Notes under the pieces: model-generated
Databases searched by the model: none
The model's input: the letters and a program-made list of their open reading frames with translations, nothing else
What the model was told of the DNA's origin: nothing
Part shown: piece by piece, positions 20,901 to 30,263 of the stretch
Layout: each line of letters begins with the position of its first letter
Numbering within the stretch: position 1 is the first letter of the stretch
Source: a virus
IMG/VR virus record: IMGVR_UViG_2648501629_000001
Location: 37,474 to 101,473 of that record
Strand: one strand, 5' to 3'
Length of the DNA: 64,000 bases
Made by a program: the position numbers and the translations under genes

Positions 20901-21329
20901 CATAAGCTAAAAACGAAAAGAGAGCGCTATGCAAAGCTATTGCAATTGGAATCAGAGATGGAAGATAAATCACTTTCACTTGTAGAACAGTGTACTGCTG
21001 AGCTTGAATTCTTAGGTCATGTTGAGACAATTGCTGATACAATCCCTCCAAATAGAATGATGGTTGTAGAGGTAAATGTAATGAAGACATATACAAGAGC
21101 AAAAGCGTATCAATTCTCTAGTGGAGAAGTGAGAGAGTTTAAGATGGGTTCTAGGTTATATGCATATGTCCCATTCGAGGCAATGGATGTTATTGAAATT
21201 ATTAGTGCAGACATTAAGCCTAAGAACAAGAAGATAGATGGTAAATGGCAGGCTCATCCAACAGAGAAGGAAGCATGGTTGAAAGAAATCAAGTTTATTC
21301 GAAAGGGAGATAAAGATAGTGAAAAGTAA
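17901..21329 (+). CDS. dnaE: DNA polymerase III alpha subunit (family C)
   Basis: PHP domain IHLHTD/FTEHG/SDTH, GRGSVSGS, ADIDTD, VKLDVLGL, MVYQEQI, YGFSINHSDAY; ATG 17901 after AAGGAGG. Confidence 0.95.
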   Translation: MTYDGISSAESAQFDGLFYTQIHLHTDLSNPNMVEVVNNYKQYIDKAVKMGMKAIAFTEHGNVLSWYNKKMYAEKNGLKYLHGCEVYVTMTLEEKKRDNFHMVLIAKNYEGFKELNKMVSTGFDRKGNNFYYNPRISWEDIKNTSDNIIISTACLGGIIWQLHKNRTGSEYAGDKLQEVIEWFTKNKHRAFLEIQPHRHLEQIQYNRLLKKISQETGIKLVAGSDTHALNEEYDDARKVLQKAKKIKFTDEDSFDLSMHSYEKMFKMFQAQDSFTDEEIHEAMQNTNLIADLVEPWEIDYSKKYPQLYDNPDEVFQQKIAEGIKFRGIDKLPHHEKIIYAERIQHELEVYKANDAVNYMLLEDDVKTHARKNGVPYGFGRGSVSGSIIAYLMQITHMDSIKRGLNFARFMSKERISLADIDTDYAPNKRHIIQDYLIDHPTLSCAKIVTYNKVELLSSIRDIGRGLEMPLDVVDEIANGVETNEDYYRDKYPKLFHYVDLIKGTIVSIGAHACGIAVSPIPLDEHMGLITAIDNKTKLPVTLTQINMKEIDAQNFVKLDVLGLDTVELVDETVNLAGLKFADILPENLDSEDEKVWASIIDNNIGIFQWESDYAHQCYKDLFDPKTIQKVKESNPNATYIDLFSLGNASIRPSGASYRDRLYAGEFNSQGLEALDKFLSNSQGYMVYQEQIIEFLVQFCGYSQGQADVVRRAIGKKDHDALNKVIPEIKERFINTLINEYHVPKENVEEIAMSFIQVIMDASDYGFSINHSDAYSWLGYASAWLRYYYPLEFITANLNVNIAKQDKTTKLIEYAKSQGVEINPIKFRYSRSGYMFDKDTNSIYQGIHPVKFLNAQLADGLYELRDNQYNSFVDLLMDIKDGAHTLEFATVTEEKTHVEDIDDETGEPITLTDIIYQKDFDNLSKSVDYREFLLQDFSKAEMKEINKLEKIGAIRQVCKPSVSINSKQMKILISLNYFSEFGGNKKLLDIFEAFDKEYKPSHKLKTKRERYAKLLQLESEMEDKSLSLVEQCTAELEFLGHVETIADTIPPNRMMVVEVNVMKTYTRAKAYQFSSGEVREFKMGSRLYAYVPFEAMDVIEIISADIKPKNKKIDGKWQAHPTEKEAWLKEIKFIRKGDKDSEK

Positions 21330-21567
21330 AAAGAGAATGTTTGTGCCATCAAATTTTACTGTAGAGCCTAATACAACTGTTACATTTAAAGGGTGTACAT
21401 TGCGAAATAGACAAGGCTTTGAATGGCTAGAGGTAAACTGCTTTAAAGACCACTTTGCAGGCAATGAGGTTCTAGAGGATTGGGAGATTTGGATTGAGGA
21501 TGGCGCAGTAGAATTCCTTGATAAGATTGAAGCATATACAGGTGTGCAATCCGAACGATTAGTTTAA
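21319..21567 (+). CDS. hypothetical protein
   Basis: 82-aa ORF overlapping the dnaE end. Confidence 0.6.
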   Translation: MKSKKRMFVPSNFTVEPNTTVTFKGCTLRNRQGFEWLEVNCFKDHFAGNEVLEDWEIWIEDGAVEFLDKIEAYTGVQSERLV

Positions 21568-21575
21568 AAATATAT

Positions 21576-21616
21576 TGAACAAAAGTATTGAAACAAAATA
21601 TGATACGTGATACAAT
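21576..21616 (+). promoter_or_regulatory. motif-linked sigmaA promoter
   Basis: TGAACAAAAGTATTGAAA, 17 bp, TACAAT with TG extension. Confidence 0.72.
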
Positions 21617-21660
21617 GATTTCAGTTGATAAATAACACAAGTACAACGGAGGTAATGACA

Positions 21661-22245
21661 TTGACAAAGAAAGTATACATTGCAGGAGACATGCTACCGA
21701 AAGGCTCTCAAATGCTACGAGCATTAGAGCGTGAGCAAATCAAGGCTATTGGATTAGATTTCTACAATCCTATGGATAACAAAGATATCAATGACAAGAG
21801 TAATGTTGAGAATACAGGACTTGCTGAACGCATAGTTAAAGCAGATACTGATGCAATTGTTGAAAGTGAAGTTATTGTAATCGAGCCACAGCCATTCGCA
21901 TTAGGTACAATGGTCGAATTAGGTCAAATCAAAGGCATGAAAGACATGGCTAAGATTATTCTAGAGCTTGCCAATGATAAGTGTGAAGAATGTTCATCTG
22001 CCGAATTATTAAACAAAATTATTGAAACATGCGAGAAAGTCGATAATCAAAAGGTATTCCCACACTATGAAGATATCAGACGCTTCCCAAATGCAGGCGT
22101 AGACGAAGAGGGAGACCGCAGAAGTCTAGGAATCAACCAATATGTATATGGAGTGTGCTTAGACCTTACAGGTGGCAAAGGCTTCTATGAATGGGATGAA
22201 GTATTAACAGAGCTTAAGAAAATCAAGAATGACCCAACGTTATGA
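21661..22245 (+). CDS. nucleoside 2-deoxyribosyltransferase / nucleotide N-glycosidase family
   Basis: KVYIAG, FYNPMD, IVKADTDAI, LGTMVELG; TTG start 8 nt after GGAGG. Confidence 0.8.
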   Translation: MTKKVYIAGDMLPKGSQMLRALEREQIKAIGLDFYNPMDNKDINDKSNVENTGLAERIVKADTDAIVESEVIVIEPQPFALGTMVELGQIKGMKDMAKIILELANDKCEECSSAELLNKIIETCEKVDNQKVFPHYEDIRRFPNAGVDEEGDRRSLGINQYVYGVCLDLTGGKGFYEWDEVLTELKKIKNDPTL

Positions 22246-22439
22246 AGATTTATGGGCTAAAAGATGTGGCGCAAATTACATTCTTTGACAAGAGTACTGG
22301 AGATGTTGTCTCTATTCATGGATATCCAAAAGCTATTCAAGGTAAAGTTGACAATTTGATTGCTAAGAGAGATAGCGTTAAGAACAAAAGATTAAAAAGA
22401 AGATACAACAGTCACATAAATAATATACTTGAAAGATAA
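22242..22439 (+). CDS. hypothetical protein
   Basis: 65-aa ORF with ATGA overlap. Confidence 0.55.
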   Translation: MKIYGLKDVAQITFFDKSTGDVVSIHGYPKAIQGKVDNLIAKRDSVKNKRLKRRYNSHINNILER

Positions 22440-22453
22440 GGGGATAGATAATC

Positions 22454-23116
22454 ATGACAGAATTTAAAAAAGAAGATGAAATCATTTTAGTAGCAAGTCG
22501 CAACAAACTATTCAACTATGGCATTTTAGAGTTTCAAGGAGTTACATCTGACGAAAGTTTAGTAGATACAATCATGTATCACTTCGATATGTATTACAAA
22601 TCTATGCGTAGAGGCAGTGTAGAGGAAGTAGATACACCTGTTAGCAAGAATGCAGAGCTAAACTTCGACTACAAACAGCCAATCCCATATATCGTAATTC
22701 GTAGAGGAGAAAATGAGTTCTTTGTTACTGAACGACTACAGGGAGGTGGAGAGTCTCGACTACATGGCAAGTTAGCTATGGGCGCAGGTGGTCACATGAA
22801 TCCATTGAGCGCAACAGAAGATGAGCCATTTGCAACTGTATTAGAAGAGAATATCAAGCGAGAACTGGATGAAGAACTTGATATCAATCGCAAAGTAGAG
22901 ATTAAACCAATTGGATTAATCAACGATGATTCTGATACTACTGGCAAGGTGCATATTGGAATCCTAGGCATCATTGACTTAGATGTTGAAGCTACAGTTG
23001 CTGTAAAAGAAGTAGAACAGTTAGCAGGACACTGGATGACGTTAGATGTTCTGAAATCAAAAGAGGTTTATGACCGTTTAGAAAACTGGGGTAAAATTGT
23101 AGTAGATATGCTGTAA
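22454..23116 (+). CDS. NUDIX hydrolase (YmaB-like)
   Basis: YKQPIPY, GAGGHMN, ENIKRELDEEL NUDIX box, KVHIG. Confidence 0.85.
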   Translation: MTEFKKEDEIILVASRNKLFNYGILEFQGVTSDESLVDTIMYHFDMYYKSMRRGSVEEVDTPVSKNAELNFDYKQPIPYIVIRRGENEFFVTERLQGGGESRLHGKLAMGAGGHMNPLSATEDEPFATVLEENIKRELDEELDINRKVEIKPIGLINDDSDTTGKVHIGILGIIDLDVEATVAVKEVEQLAGHWMTLDVLKSKEVYDRLENWGKIVVDML

Positions 23117-23122
23117 TTATAT

Positions 23123-23152
23123 GAGAGTCGTGCTTAGGCACGGCTTTTCATT
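23123..23152 (+). terminator. intrinsic terminator
   Basis: GAGAGTCGTGC-TTAG-GCACGGCTTTTC followed by a T-rich tract. Confidence 0.65.
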
Positions 23153-23242
23153 TCCTTATAAAATCTAGATAATTTGTTTGACTCTGTAAATTTACTGTGT
23201 TAATATATAAGTATCACATAAACACACAAAAGGAGTTATAAA

Positions 23243-23881
23243 ATGTTCAATTATATCGACCAAGTTCCTAGTCCACAAGAAGTTAAGAAGATGATTAAAG
23301 AAGGTCAGAAACCAATGCTATTCTATCAATTCCCACATGAAGAGATTAAGAGAAAAGACCTTCGCAATATTGAGAAGCTACTAAGTACGCTTACACAAGT
23401 TGGAAAAGAAATGAAAGGTCGACTAGTTATTGGGTGTAAAGGATATGACCACATAACAGATGAATTGTTTGAAATTCAAGAGGTTAGGGAGTTTGTTGAG
23501 TTTCTATTTAGAAAACACCCATATCTACTATATTACATAAGCAAGGATTCGTTTGAATGGGTAGTATGTGCGTATGCAGATGAAGTAGATACTATCAAGG
23601 AAGGTAGATTGTATACTAGTGATGAGCTGTTCGAGAAGTTTGGATTAGACATGGCAAACGTGCCTCTAATGCGCTCTCATGTTATCTTTAAGAATGGTAA
23701 GTTTGATAGAATGCTTGACGCAGTCATTAGACATAGTAAGATTAAGAAGGATGTAAAAGGTGGGAAGAGAATCGCAATCGAGTATGCCTTCCTATTGCAA
23801 ATGGAAAACGCAGAGAATGTTCTAAAAGGTCTTGGTATAAGTATCGATGAAATACTCGATATTATGAAAGATAAGGAGTGA
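23243..23881 (+). CDS. hypothetical protein with a CRR6/DUF1817-like domain
   Basis: GYDHITDELFEIQEVREFVEFLFRKHPYLLYY resembles the GYD.D.RELFEIPEVR motif. Confidence 0.5.
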   Translation: MFNYIDQVPSPQEVKKMIKEGQKPMLFYQFPHEEIKRKDLRNIEKLLSTLTQVGKEMKGRLVIGCKGYDHITDELFEIQEVREFVEFLFRKHPYLLYYISKDSFEWVVCAYADEVDTIKEGRLYTSDELFEKFGLDMANVPLMRSHVIFKNGKFDRMLDAVIRHSKIKKDVKGGKRIAIEYAFLLQMENAENVLKGLGISIDEILDIMKDKE

Positions 23882-23888
23882 TTGACTT

Positions 23889-24605
23889 ATGAGAGAAGTG
23901 TCAATTAATAAAAATGCTACTCCTAGAGAGATTGCTACAGTAATGTGTGACGTAATGCCTGATTGGGGATGGCTATCGAGTTATACATATAAGAGAAAAG
24001 AGCCTAAACAGTTCTCTTCTAGCAAGCCTCCTGTGGAACTAATGAATAATATAGATTTTACTAAGTATGTATATTATGTGGCTAATCTATACACGTATGG
24101 TGGGAGAGATTTTCCTTTAACACAAAGAGAGTTCTCAAGATACTATTACGATGAAGAGATGATATGTGCGTACTGCTCAGTGTTATTTTACCTTCTAGTT
24201 AAGAAAGAGGATAAGCTTGGTATATATGATATGAAATATATTCAAGGATTTTATAGACATCCATTAAGAGATGATATACCTGAAATGTTCTTACCGATAT
24301 TCGGTAGTAAAACACAAATTGGGATACATGCTTTTGTAACTGTTGGCGGTGCTATATTTGATTTTACAATAGCACAACAAGAGAATGCATTCGCATTTGA
24401 TAAGCCTTATGTAATAGGCGAGATTCCAGAAGGTATGGAGTATTTTGGATATACAGAATCAATTACAGTAGTACATGAATATTGGAAGAAGTTTGCAAAG
24501 GCTGAGGGGATGACTCCTGAGCAGTGGTTTATAGAGCATAAGATAAACGCATTAACTCTCTTGCAGGGTGAATATGAAAGGCTAAGAGGTGGATGCAATG
24601 AATGA
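23889..24605 (+). CDS. papain/transglutaminase-like protein (Cys-His-Asp)
   Basis: ICAYCS...YIQGFY...IHAFVTVGGAIFDFT. Confidence 0.55.
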   Translation: MREVSINKNATPREIATVMCDVMPDWGWLSSYTYKRKEPKQFSSSKPPVELMNNIDFTKYVYYVANLYTYGGRDFPLTQREFSRYYYDEEMICAYCSVLFYLLVKKEDKLGIYDMKYIQGFYRHPLRDDIPEMFLPIFGSKTQIGIHAFVTVGGAIFDFTIAQQENAFAFDKPYVIGEIPEGMEYFGYTESITVVHEYWKKFAKAEGMTPEQWFIEHKINALTLLQGEYERLRGGCNE

Positions 24606-25628
24606 ATTGAAGAAAATGGCTAAAGAATTAGTGTGGATTCAAGATAAGCTAAAAGAAGATGCACTTTATGAATGGGATAGAGATGAGTTAGTAAAACAAG
24701 CTGATAAGATTCGTATGGATGTTGTTCTGAAAGGGTATAGCGTAGATTTATTCGTTCAATACATGGAAGAGTATCCAACTCTGTCAGTAGATGAGTATAT
24801 GAAATGGATTAAGAGCTAGGAGGCTTCTATAATGACTACAACGTTCTTCAAGAGAGAGTCAAGACCTGTTTATGGATTAAACGAAGATGAATTGAGAGAA
24901 GCACTCGTTATCTATGAAGAGAAGGTTACAGCAGAAATCATCGCAGAATTTGAAAGTGAGTACAATATTAGCTTAGGTGATTCTGAGAAAAAGGTAATTG
25001 ATATATTTATTAGCAAGGCAATGACAAAAGGTATGGAGATTGTCGCTGATACAAGCTTGGTAACAGATTACTACTGGAAAGTTAAGAAGATTGAAATAGA
25101 TGACCGCCTTGGTGTATTAGATAAGTCAGATAACACATTTTATCCTTGTAATGTAGGAGAGCATTGGACAACTCTTTCCAATATACTTGATGAAAAGTAT
25201 GAGAATCTATATGAGCCATTCATAGAGTTGATGCATATCAAAAAAGGTGAAGATGAGTACGATGGTGTTACAAGGGATTATTTAGACAAGTTTATTATGG
25301 ATACATTCCAGTTTCTTGGTCAGAATAGAGAGCTGAGTGGCTACCTAGAAGAAGCCAAGACAGAATGGTAGAAACATAATAAAATCGTTATTTTATTATT
25401 AATAGAGGTGATTGGCATGCATGGAAACTGGTGTATCATTTGTAGAGAATATGTTGATGAATGTACTTGTGAGGAGGATTAACAATGGGAATGCGTAAAT
25501 GTAAATGGTGTCATGGTTGGTACAATCAGCAAGAGACAGAAGTTTATTGTTGGTCATGTAGGGAACAGGGAAATGATAAGGAGCTTATGGAATTGAAGCG
25601 CTTGAAAGAACTGGAGGCAAGGAAGTAA
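24598..25628 (+). CDS. hypothetical genes 24598-24819 and 24832-25371, plus two Cys-rich micro-ORFs 25417-25482 and 25485-25628
   Basis: ORF track plus manual reading; RBSs present. Confidence 0.55.
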
Positions 25629-26329
25629 TGCGTTTAAAGGATATGAATTTTAATATAGATTTAGGTGAAGGTGACTACTATAAAGTCTCTAATGGTAAGT
25701 TCACTTTTCGCCTAAGAGGAGAACAGCATACTATTGGCTCTAAGCTATATCCTATTACAGCCAAAGATAGAGCGCAAGGATTCGCTAATGGTATAACAGA
25801 GAATGGTCATCATTTAGAAGTGGCTGAAATGATGGGCAGAAGTAATTGGGAATTTAAGAGTGGTTATTGTTACACGAATGCTGAAATCTTATGTAGAGTA
25901 TTTAACGAAATGGGAATAGATGCTAAGTATTACTCAGGTTGGGTGTTTACAGGCTTATCAATGCCAATTCATCATGCGTGGGTTGTAGTTGATGGCAATG
26001 TATATGATATTTCTATCCATATGACATCACAATACCTAATGATGGAGCAGGCTGTTGAAGGCATAGACTTACGTAGTAAAGAGGCTGTAAAGGCTGTTAA
26101 AGAGGCGATGAGCAAGACTAAGCCTATCCAAGACCATTTTGTTTGGGGTAAAGTTCCTGACCACATGTTTTACGTAGGTAACGAAGATACTCCTGATTCA
26201 GCTAGAAAGAACTATGCAAAGGCTATTAAAGCTTCAAAAGACGTGTCTAATCATCCTTCATACAACCATATGAATAAGGGTGATATGTACGAAGCTAGTC
26301 CGTATCAAAAGGCTTTAAATGAAGTGTAA
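25628..26329 (+). CDS. papain/transglutaminase-like protein (Cys-His-Asp)
   Basis: GYCYTNA...YYSGWV...HHAWVVVDGNVYDIS. Confidence 0.65.
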   Translation: MRLKDMNFNIDLGEGDYYKVSNGKFTFRLRGEQHTIGSKLYPITAKDRAQGFANGITENGHHLEVAEMMGRSNWEFKSGYCYTNAEILCRVFNEMGIDAKYYSGWVFTGLSMPIHHAWVVVDGNVYDISIHMTSQYLMMEQAVEGIDLRSKEAVKAVKEAMSKTKPIQDHFVWGKVPDHMFYVGNEDTPDSARKNYAKAIKASKDVSNHPSYNHMNKGDMYEASPYQKALNEV

Positions 26330-26415
26330 TTAATCGTTGACACAGTGTAGTTAACCATGCTACACTTCTAATATAATTATTGAACAAAAGTATTGAAATA
26401 ATAGGAGGATTTAAT

Positions 26416-27437
26416 ATGATTAAGATAGAAAGTTTTTCGATTACAAAGAAGGAATTAGAAGCGAGAAACAATGTTGTAAAGTATTATGAAGACAGATTTA
26501 AAGAAAGAGCGCAAGAGCAACTTCTTCAAGATTATTGTAAGGATAAGAATGGTTGGACAGATGCTTTTGTCAAAAAGTTTATTGGACGACTATCGTTAGG
26601 GGAATTTATCCAAGTGTTTATCTATGGCAATTATGAAGTAATTAAATCAAAAGAAGAACAACTTGCAAATTACTATGAATCAGTAGGCAATGGAGTAGAT
26701 GGAATCGCAATCAAGCTCAATATTGAAAAGGTGCTAGATATCTTACAAATCAAAATTAAGGGGATTAACGAATAATGAAGAAGCCAATGGAGTTAAACGA
26801 ACTAGAAACAGTCATCTTAACACAACTACTATTGATGGATTTAATGGGTAAAGACCAACGTGAAGTCATAGAGTTAGCAGGAATTGATAATATGAAGAAG
26901 GCTGTTGAAAAGATTCAAGGATTAGACTTTGAGGATGTTACATTTGAGGAACAGGAAAAGGTAACTGCTCAGTTACTTACAAAACTGTATTCTCAATTAG
27001 GAATTATAGATTAAACAAAAGTATTGATATAGGGGGCGATTAAGTTGAAATACATTGCTTGTTCAAATTCAGAATGTGACAAGAAGATTTATAAAGGGGA
27101 AGAGTGCTACAGAGAGAGTTATTATGGTGGAATTACTTGCTCTGACGCATGTATGAAGAAATGGATGGAAGAGCATTTTACTCCCAGTGAACATACTTAT
27201 GACCCAAATAAAGATGGATACACGCCATCCTGTGCAAACTGTCATTTCTTCACAACGTCACCAATCCAATATCCTTGTGGCAATTGTGTGAAGACAGACA
27301 AAGTTGTTGGGATATTCGATACCTGTAAATCTCATAAAGAGGCAGGAAAGTATGTAACCAACGATACAGTTGCAATTCACACTGGATATAGCATTGTAGA
27401 AATTGTACAAATGGCTATGGGTGTTAAAGATAAATAG
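26416..27437 (+). CDS. three hypothetical genes (26416-26775, 26775-27014, 27045-27437; the last has Zn-finger motifs)
   Basis: ORF track, RBSs. Confidence 0.6.
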
Positions 27438-27447
27438 GAGGTAGCTT

Positions 27448-29763
27448 ATGACTACAGTAAAAGGTACAGCTAAATTAAAGAGAATTATGTTTCCAAGAGG
27501 TGTTTATGAGACAAGTGGTGGCTTTACAATTGCATCATTTGAGCCAGTTAACATCGAAGAAGGGGATATAGAGCTACATCATTCATTTGGCACGTTCTCT
27601 ATCAAAGGTGAAATGCCACCATTAAAAGAGGGCGCTGAATATTACTTCATCGCAGAAGAAGGCGAGCGTCATCCTACATTTGGATTAGGATATGAATTAG
27701 CATTTATGAGACAAAACATCGATTTAGATGCGAGCAACAAGGACTCTGTGCGAAGATTCCTAGAAATTGTCTTAACACAAAAGCAAGCAGATGCTTTATG
27801 TGAGGCATTTGAGAATCCAATAGCAGTTATCGAAGAGAAAGATGTACAGCGATTGTGCCAAGCGAATGGTATTGGATTAAAGACTGCTAAGCGCATTATA
27901 GACCTTTACGAGTCACAAAAGGACTATTCAGAAGCTTACATTGAGTTGGGTAAGTATGAATTAACGCCTAAAACAATTCGTAAAATCACTGATTACTATG
28001 GCTCTCCTGAGTTGGCGATTCAGAAGGTTAAAGAGAATCCATACTTATTAATGGAGATTGATGGCTTTGGATTTAAGAAGTGTGACAAGATGTTCTTGCA
28101 ATTAGGCGGGGATGTTCATGCTCACGTTCGTATCAAATCATTCTTAGTACATGTACTGCAAGAAGAGGCAGGGAAAGGTCATACGTGGTCTCCGCCAATC
28201 GAGTTATTAAGAGCGACATTTGAGTTTATTCCTAATGTAGACAAGTCTATTGTTGGTAAAATGCTCGTAGAAGATACAGATACCTTCTATATGACAGAAG
28301 ATAAAAGTAAAATTTCACTTACTGGATTTCAAAGATTAGAAGACTTAGTCGCCAAGGAGTTGCACCGCATTCTAAAGGCAAAAAATGACTTCGATTACAA
28401 GGGATGGGAAGTAGCAGTTGATGCCATTGAAGAGTTGCAAGGATGGAAATTCACAGGGCAACAACGTAATGAGGCAATGGTAATGATGCTTGATAACAAT
28501 ATATCAATTCTGCAAGGTTATGGTGGTACTGGTAAAACAACAACCCTAAAAGCAGTAGCTGATTTCCTTGAACAGAAAGGTTATTTATATGCTCAATGTG
28601 CGTTAAGTGGAAAGGCTTCTTCGAATCTAGCGTTGGTGACTGGGAAAGATGGCAGTACAATTCATAGACTTCTAGGATATTCTCCTGCGAATCTAGGGAC
28701 AGGATTCTATTACCATGCAAACAATAAACTACCCTATGACATTATCATTATCGATGAGATATCAATGGTTGATGCACGTTTATTTGGTCACTTACTGCTT
28801 GCGATTCGAAGTGGAGCTAAGATTATTATGCTAGGTGATAGTCAGCAGTTAGAGAGTATTGGCATTCCAGTCATGATGCCAATGATTGAAAGTGGAATTA
28901 TCCCAACAATGACACTAACTCAGATTCACCGTCAGGCACAGAAATCTGCTGTCGTAACGGATTCTATCGCCATTCGTCAAGGTGTACAGGTTCTAGGTCG
29001 AGAAACAGGTCGTGTAGTGCATGGTGAATTACAGGATTTAGAGTATGACCTAATCGAAGATGACGACAAAATCTTCTTACATGTTATGCGTGAGTTCTAT
29101 AAGTACAGCCAAACTGAGAGCATCTTGGACATTCAAATCCTTACTCAACAACGTGAGAAAGGGAAAGCATCTTGTCTATTGCTTAATAACGCTTGTCAGA
29201 AGATTTATAACCCACAAAACGAAAAGAAGGAAGAGCATTTCATTGGCAAGGTAAATAAGAAGGTTGTAGATGGGGTAGAGGTTGAAGAGAGAGAAGGATA
29301 CTATCTGCGTGAAGGCGATAAGGTTATTAATATCAAGAACAACTATGATTCTGTTGATGAGTTTGGAGCATCATGTCCTGTATTCAATGGTAATATTGGT
29401 ATCTTAGAGCGTTTTGATGTCGATGAAGAGGGCGACAAATTCATGCTAATTAACTTTGAGGGAATTGGAAACGTTCGAATCTATGAAGGTAATTATCGCT
29501 CTATCGAATTAGCATACTGTATTACAATCCATAAATCACAGGGTTCATCTAATAAGATTATTATCATTGCATTGCCATTCCATTTCACACTGAATTCACG
29601 CCAGTTATTCTATACAGCTATCACTCGTACTCGAAAGCATTGTATAGTCATTGCTACGAAGAAGACTATTGTGAAGGCGATTCAGAAGGATGATGTGAGC
29701 AATAAACGCACTTATCTTGCAGAGTATCTTCAAAAGCTAGATAAAGAAGACAAGATTGCTTAA
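27448..29763 (+). CDS. recD2: RecD2-like SF1B helicase
   Basis: HhH GIGLKTA, QGYGGTGKT, ALSGKAS, TIHRLL, IIDEISM, LGDSQQL, IHRQA, YCITIHKSQGS, YTAITR. Confidence 0.92.
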   Translation: MTTVKGTAKLKRIMFPRGVYETSGGFTIASFEPVNIEEGDIELHHSFGTFSIKGEMPPLKEGAEYYFIAEEGERHPTFGLGYELAFMRQNIDLDASNKDSVRRFLEIVLTQKQADALCEAFENPIAVIEEKDVQRLCQANGIGLKTAKRIIDLYESQKDYSEAYIELGKYELTPKTIRKITDYYGSPELAIQKVKENPYLLMEIDGFGFKKCDKMFLQLGGDVHAHVRIKSFLVHVLQEEAGKGHTWSPPIELLRATFEFIPNVDKSIVGKMLVEDTDTFYMTEDKSKISLTGFQRLEDLVAKELHRILKAKNDFDYKGWEVAVDAIEELQGWKFTGQQRNEAMVMMLDNNISILQGYGGTGKTTTLKAVADFLEQKGYLYAQCALSGKASSNLALVTGKDGSTIHRLLGYSPANLGTGFYYHANNKLPYDIIIIDEISMVDARLFGHLLLAIRSGAKIIMLGDSQQLESIGIPVMMPMIESGIIPTMTLTQIHRQAQKSAVVTDSIAIRQGVQVLGRETGRVVHGELQDLEYDLIEDDDKIFLHVMREFYKYSQTESILDIQILTQQREKGKASCLLLNNACQKIYNPQNEKKEEHFIGKVNKKVVDGVEVEEREGYYLREGDKVINIKNNYDSVDEFGASCPVFNGNIGILERFDVDEEGDKFMLINFEGIGNVRIYEGNYRSIELAYCITIHKSQGSSNKIIIIALPFHFTLNSRQLFYTAITRTRKHCIVIATKKTIVKAIQKDDVSNKRTYLAEYLQKLDKEDKIA

Positions 29764-29776
29764 TTTGAAATTTATT

Positions 29777-29817
29777 TAAACAAAAGTATTGAAATGATAA
29801 TCTACATGTGGTATAAT
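29777..29817 (+). promoter_or_regulatory. motif-linked promoter of the nrd operon
   Basis: TAAACAAAAGTATTGAAA, 17 bp, TATAAT (29812-29817). Confidence 0.8.
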
Positions 29818-29889
29818 TGTCCTTGTAGTGATGCTACATGTGTATAAATTATACCACTAAACAAAATTATTAAAATAAGAGGTGTTGTC

Positions 29890-30261
29890 ATGTTAGTAGC
29901 TTATGCATCTATGACAGGCAATGTAGAGAGATTTGTCTATAAGTTAGACTTCCCACTATTCAATATATTAATAAGAAAAGGTACTACTGCCGTGTATGAG
30001 CCATTTGTACTCATAACATACACAACAGGATTTGGACAGATTCCTGAGGAAGTAGAGAGATTCCTTGAGACAAATCATCATAATCTAGTTGCTGTAGTAG
30101 GAAGTGGGAATCGAAACTGGGGGACAATGTTCTGCGGTGGCGCTGTCAAAGTATCAGAGAAGTACAACGTTCCACTACTTCATAAATTTGAACTTAGTGG
30201 TTTAGAAAGCGATGTGGATATCGTTACAGAAAAGATTGAGGAATTAGAAAGGATGAAGTAA
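29890..30261 (+). CDS. nrdI: class Ib RNR flavodoxin NrdI
   Basis: YASMTGNVERF, LITYTTGFG, GSGNRNWG, KFELSG. Confidence 0.95.
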   Translation: MLVAYASMTGNVERFVYKLDFPLFNILIRKGTTAVYEPFVLITYTTGFGQIPEEVERFLETNHHNLVAVVGSGNRNWGTMFCGGAVKVSEKYNVPLLHKFELSGLESDVDIVTEKIEELERMK

Positions 30262-30263
30262 GT

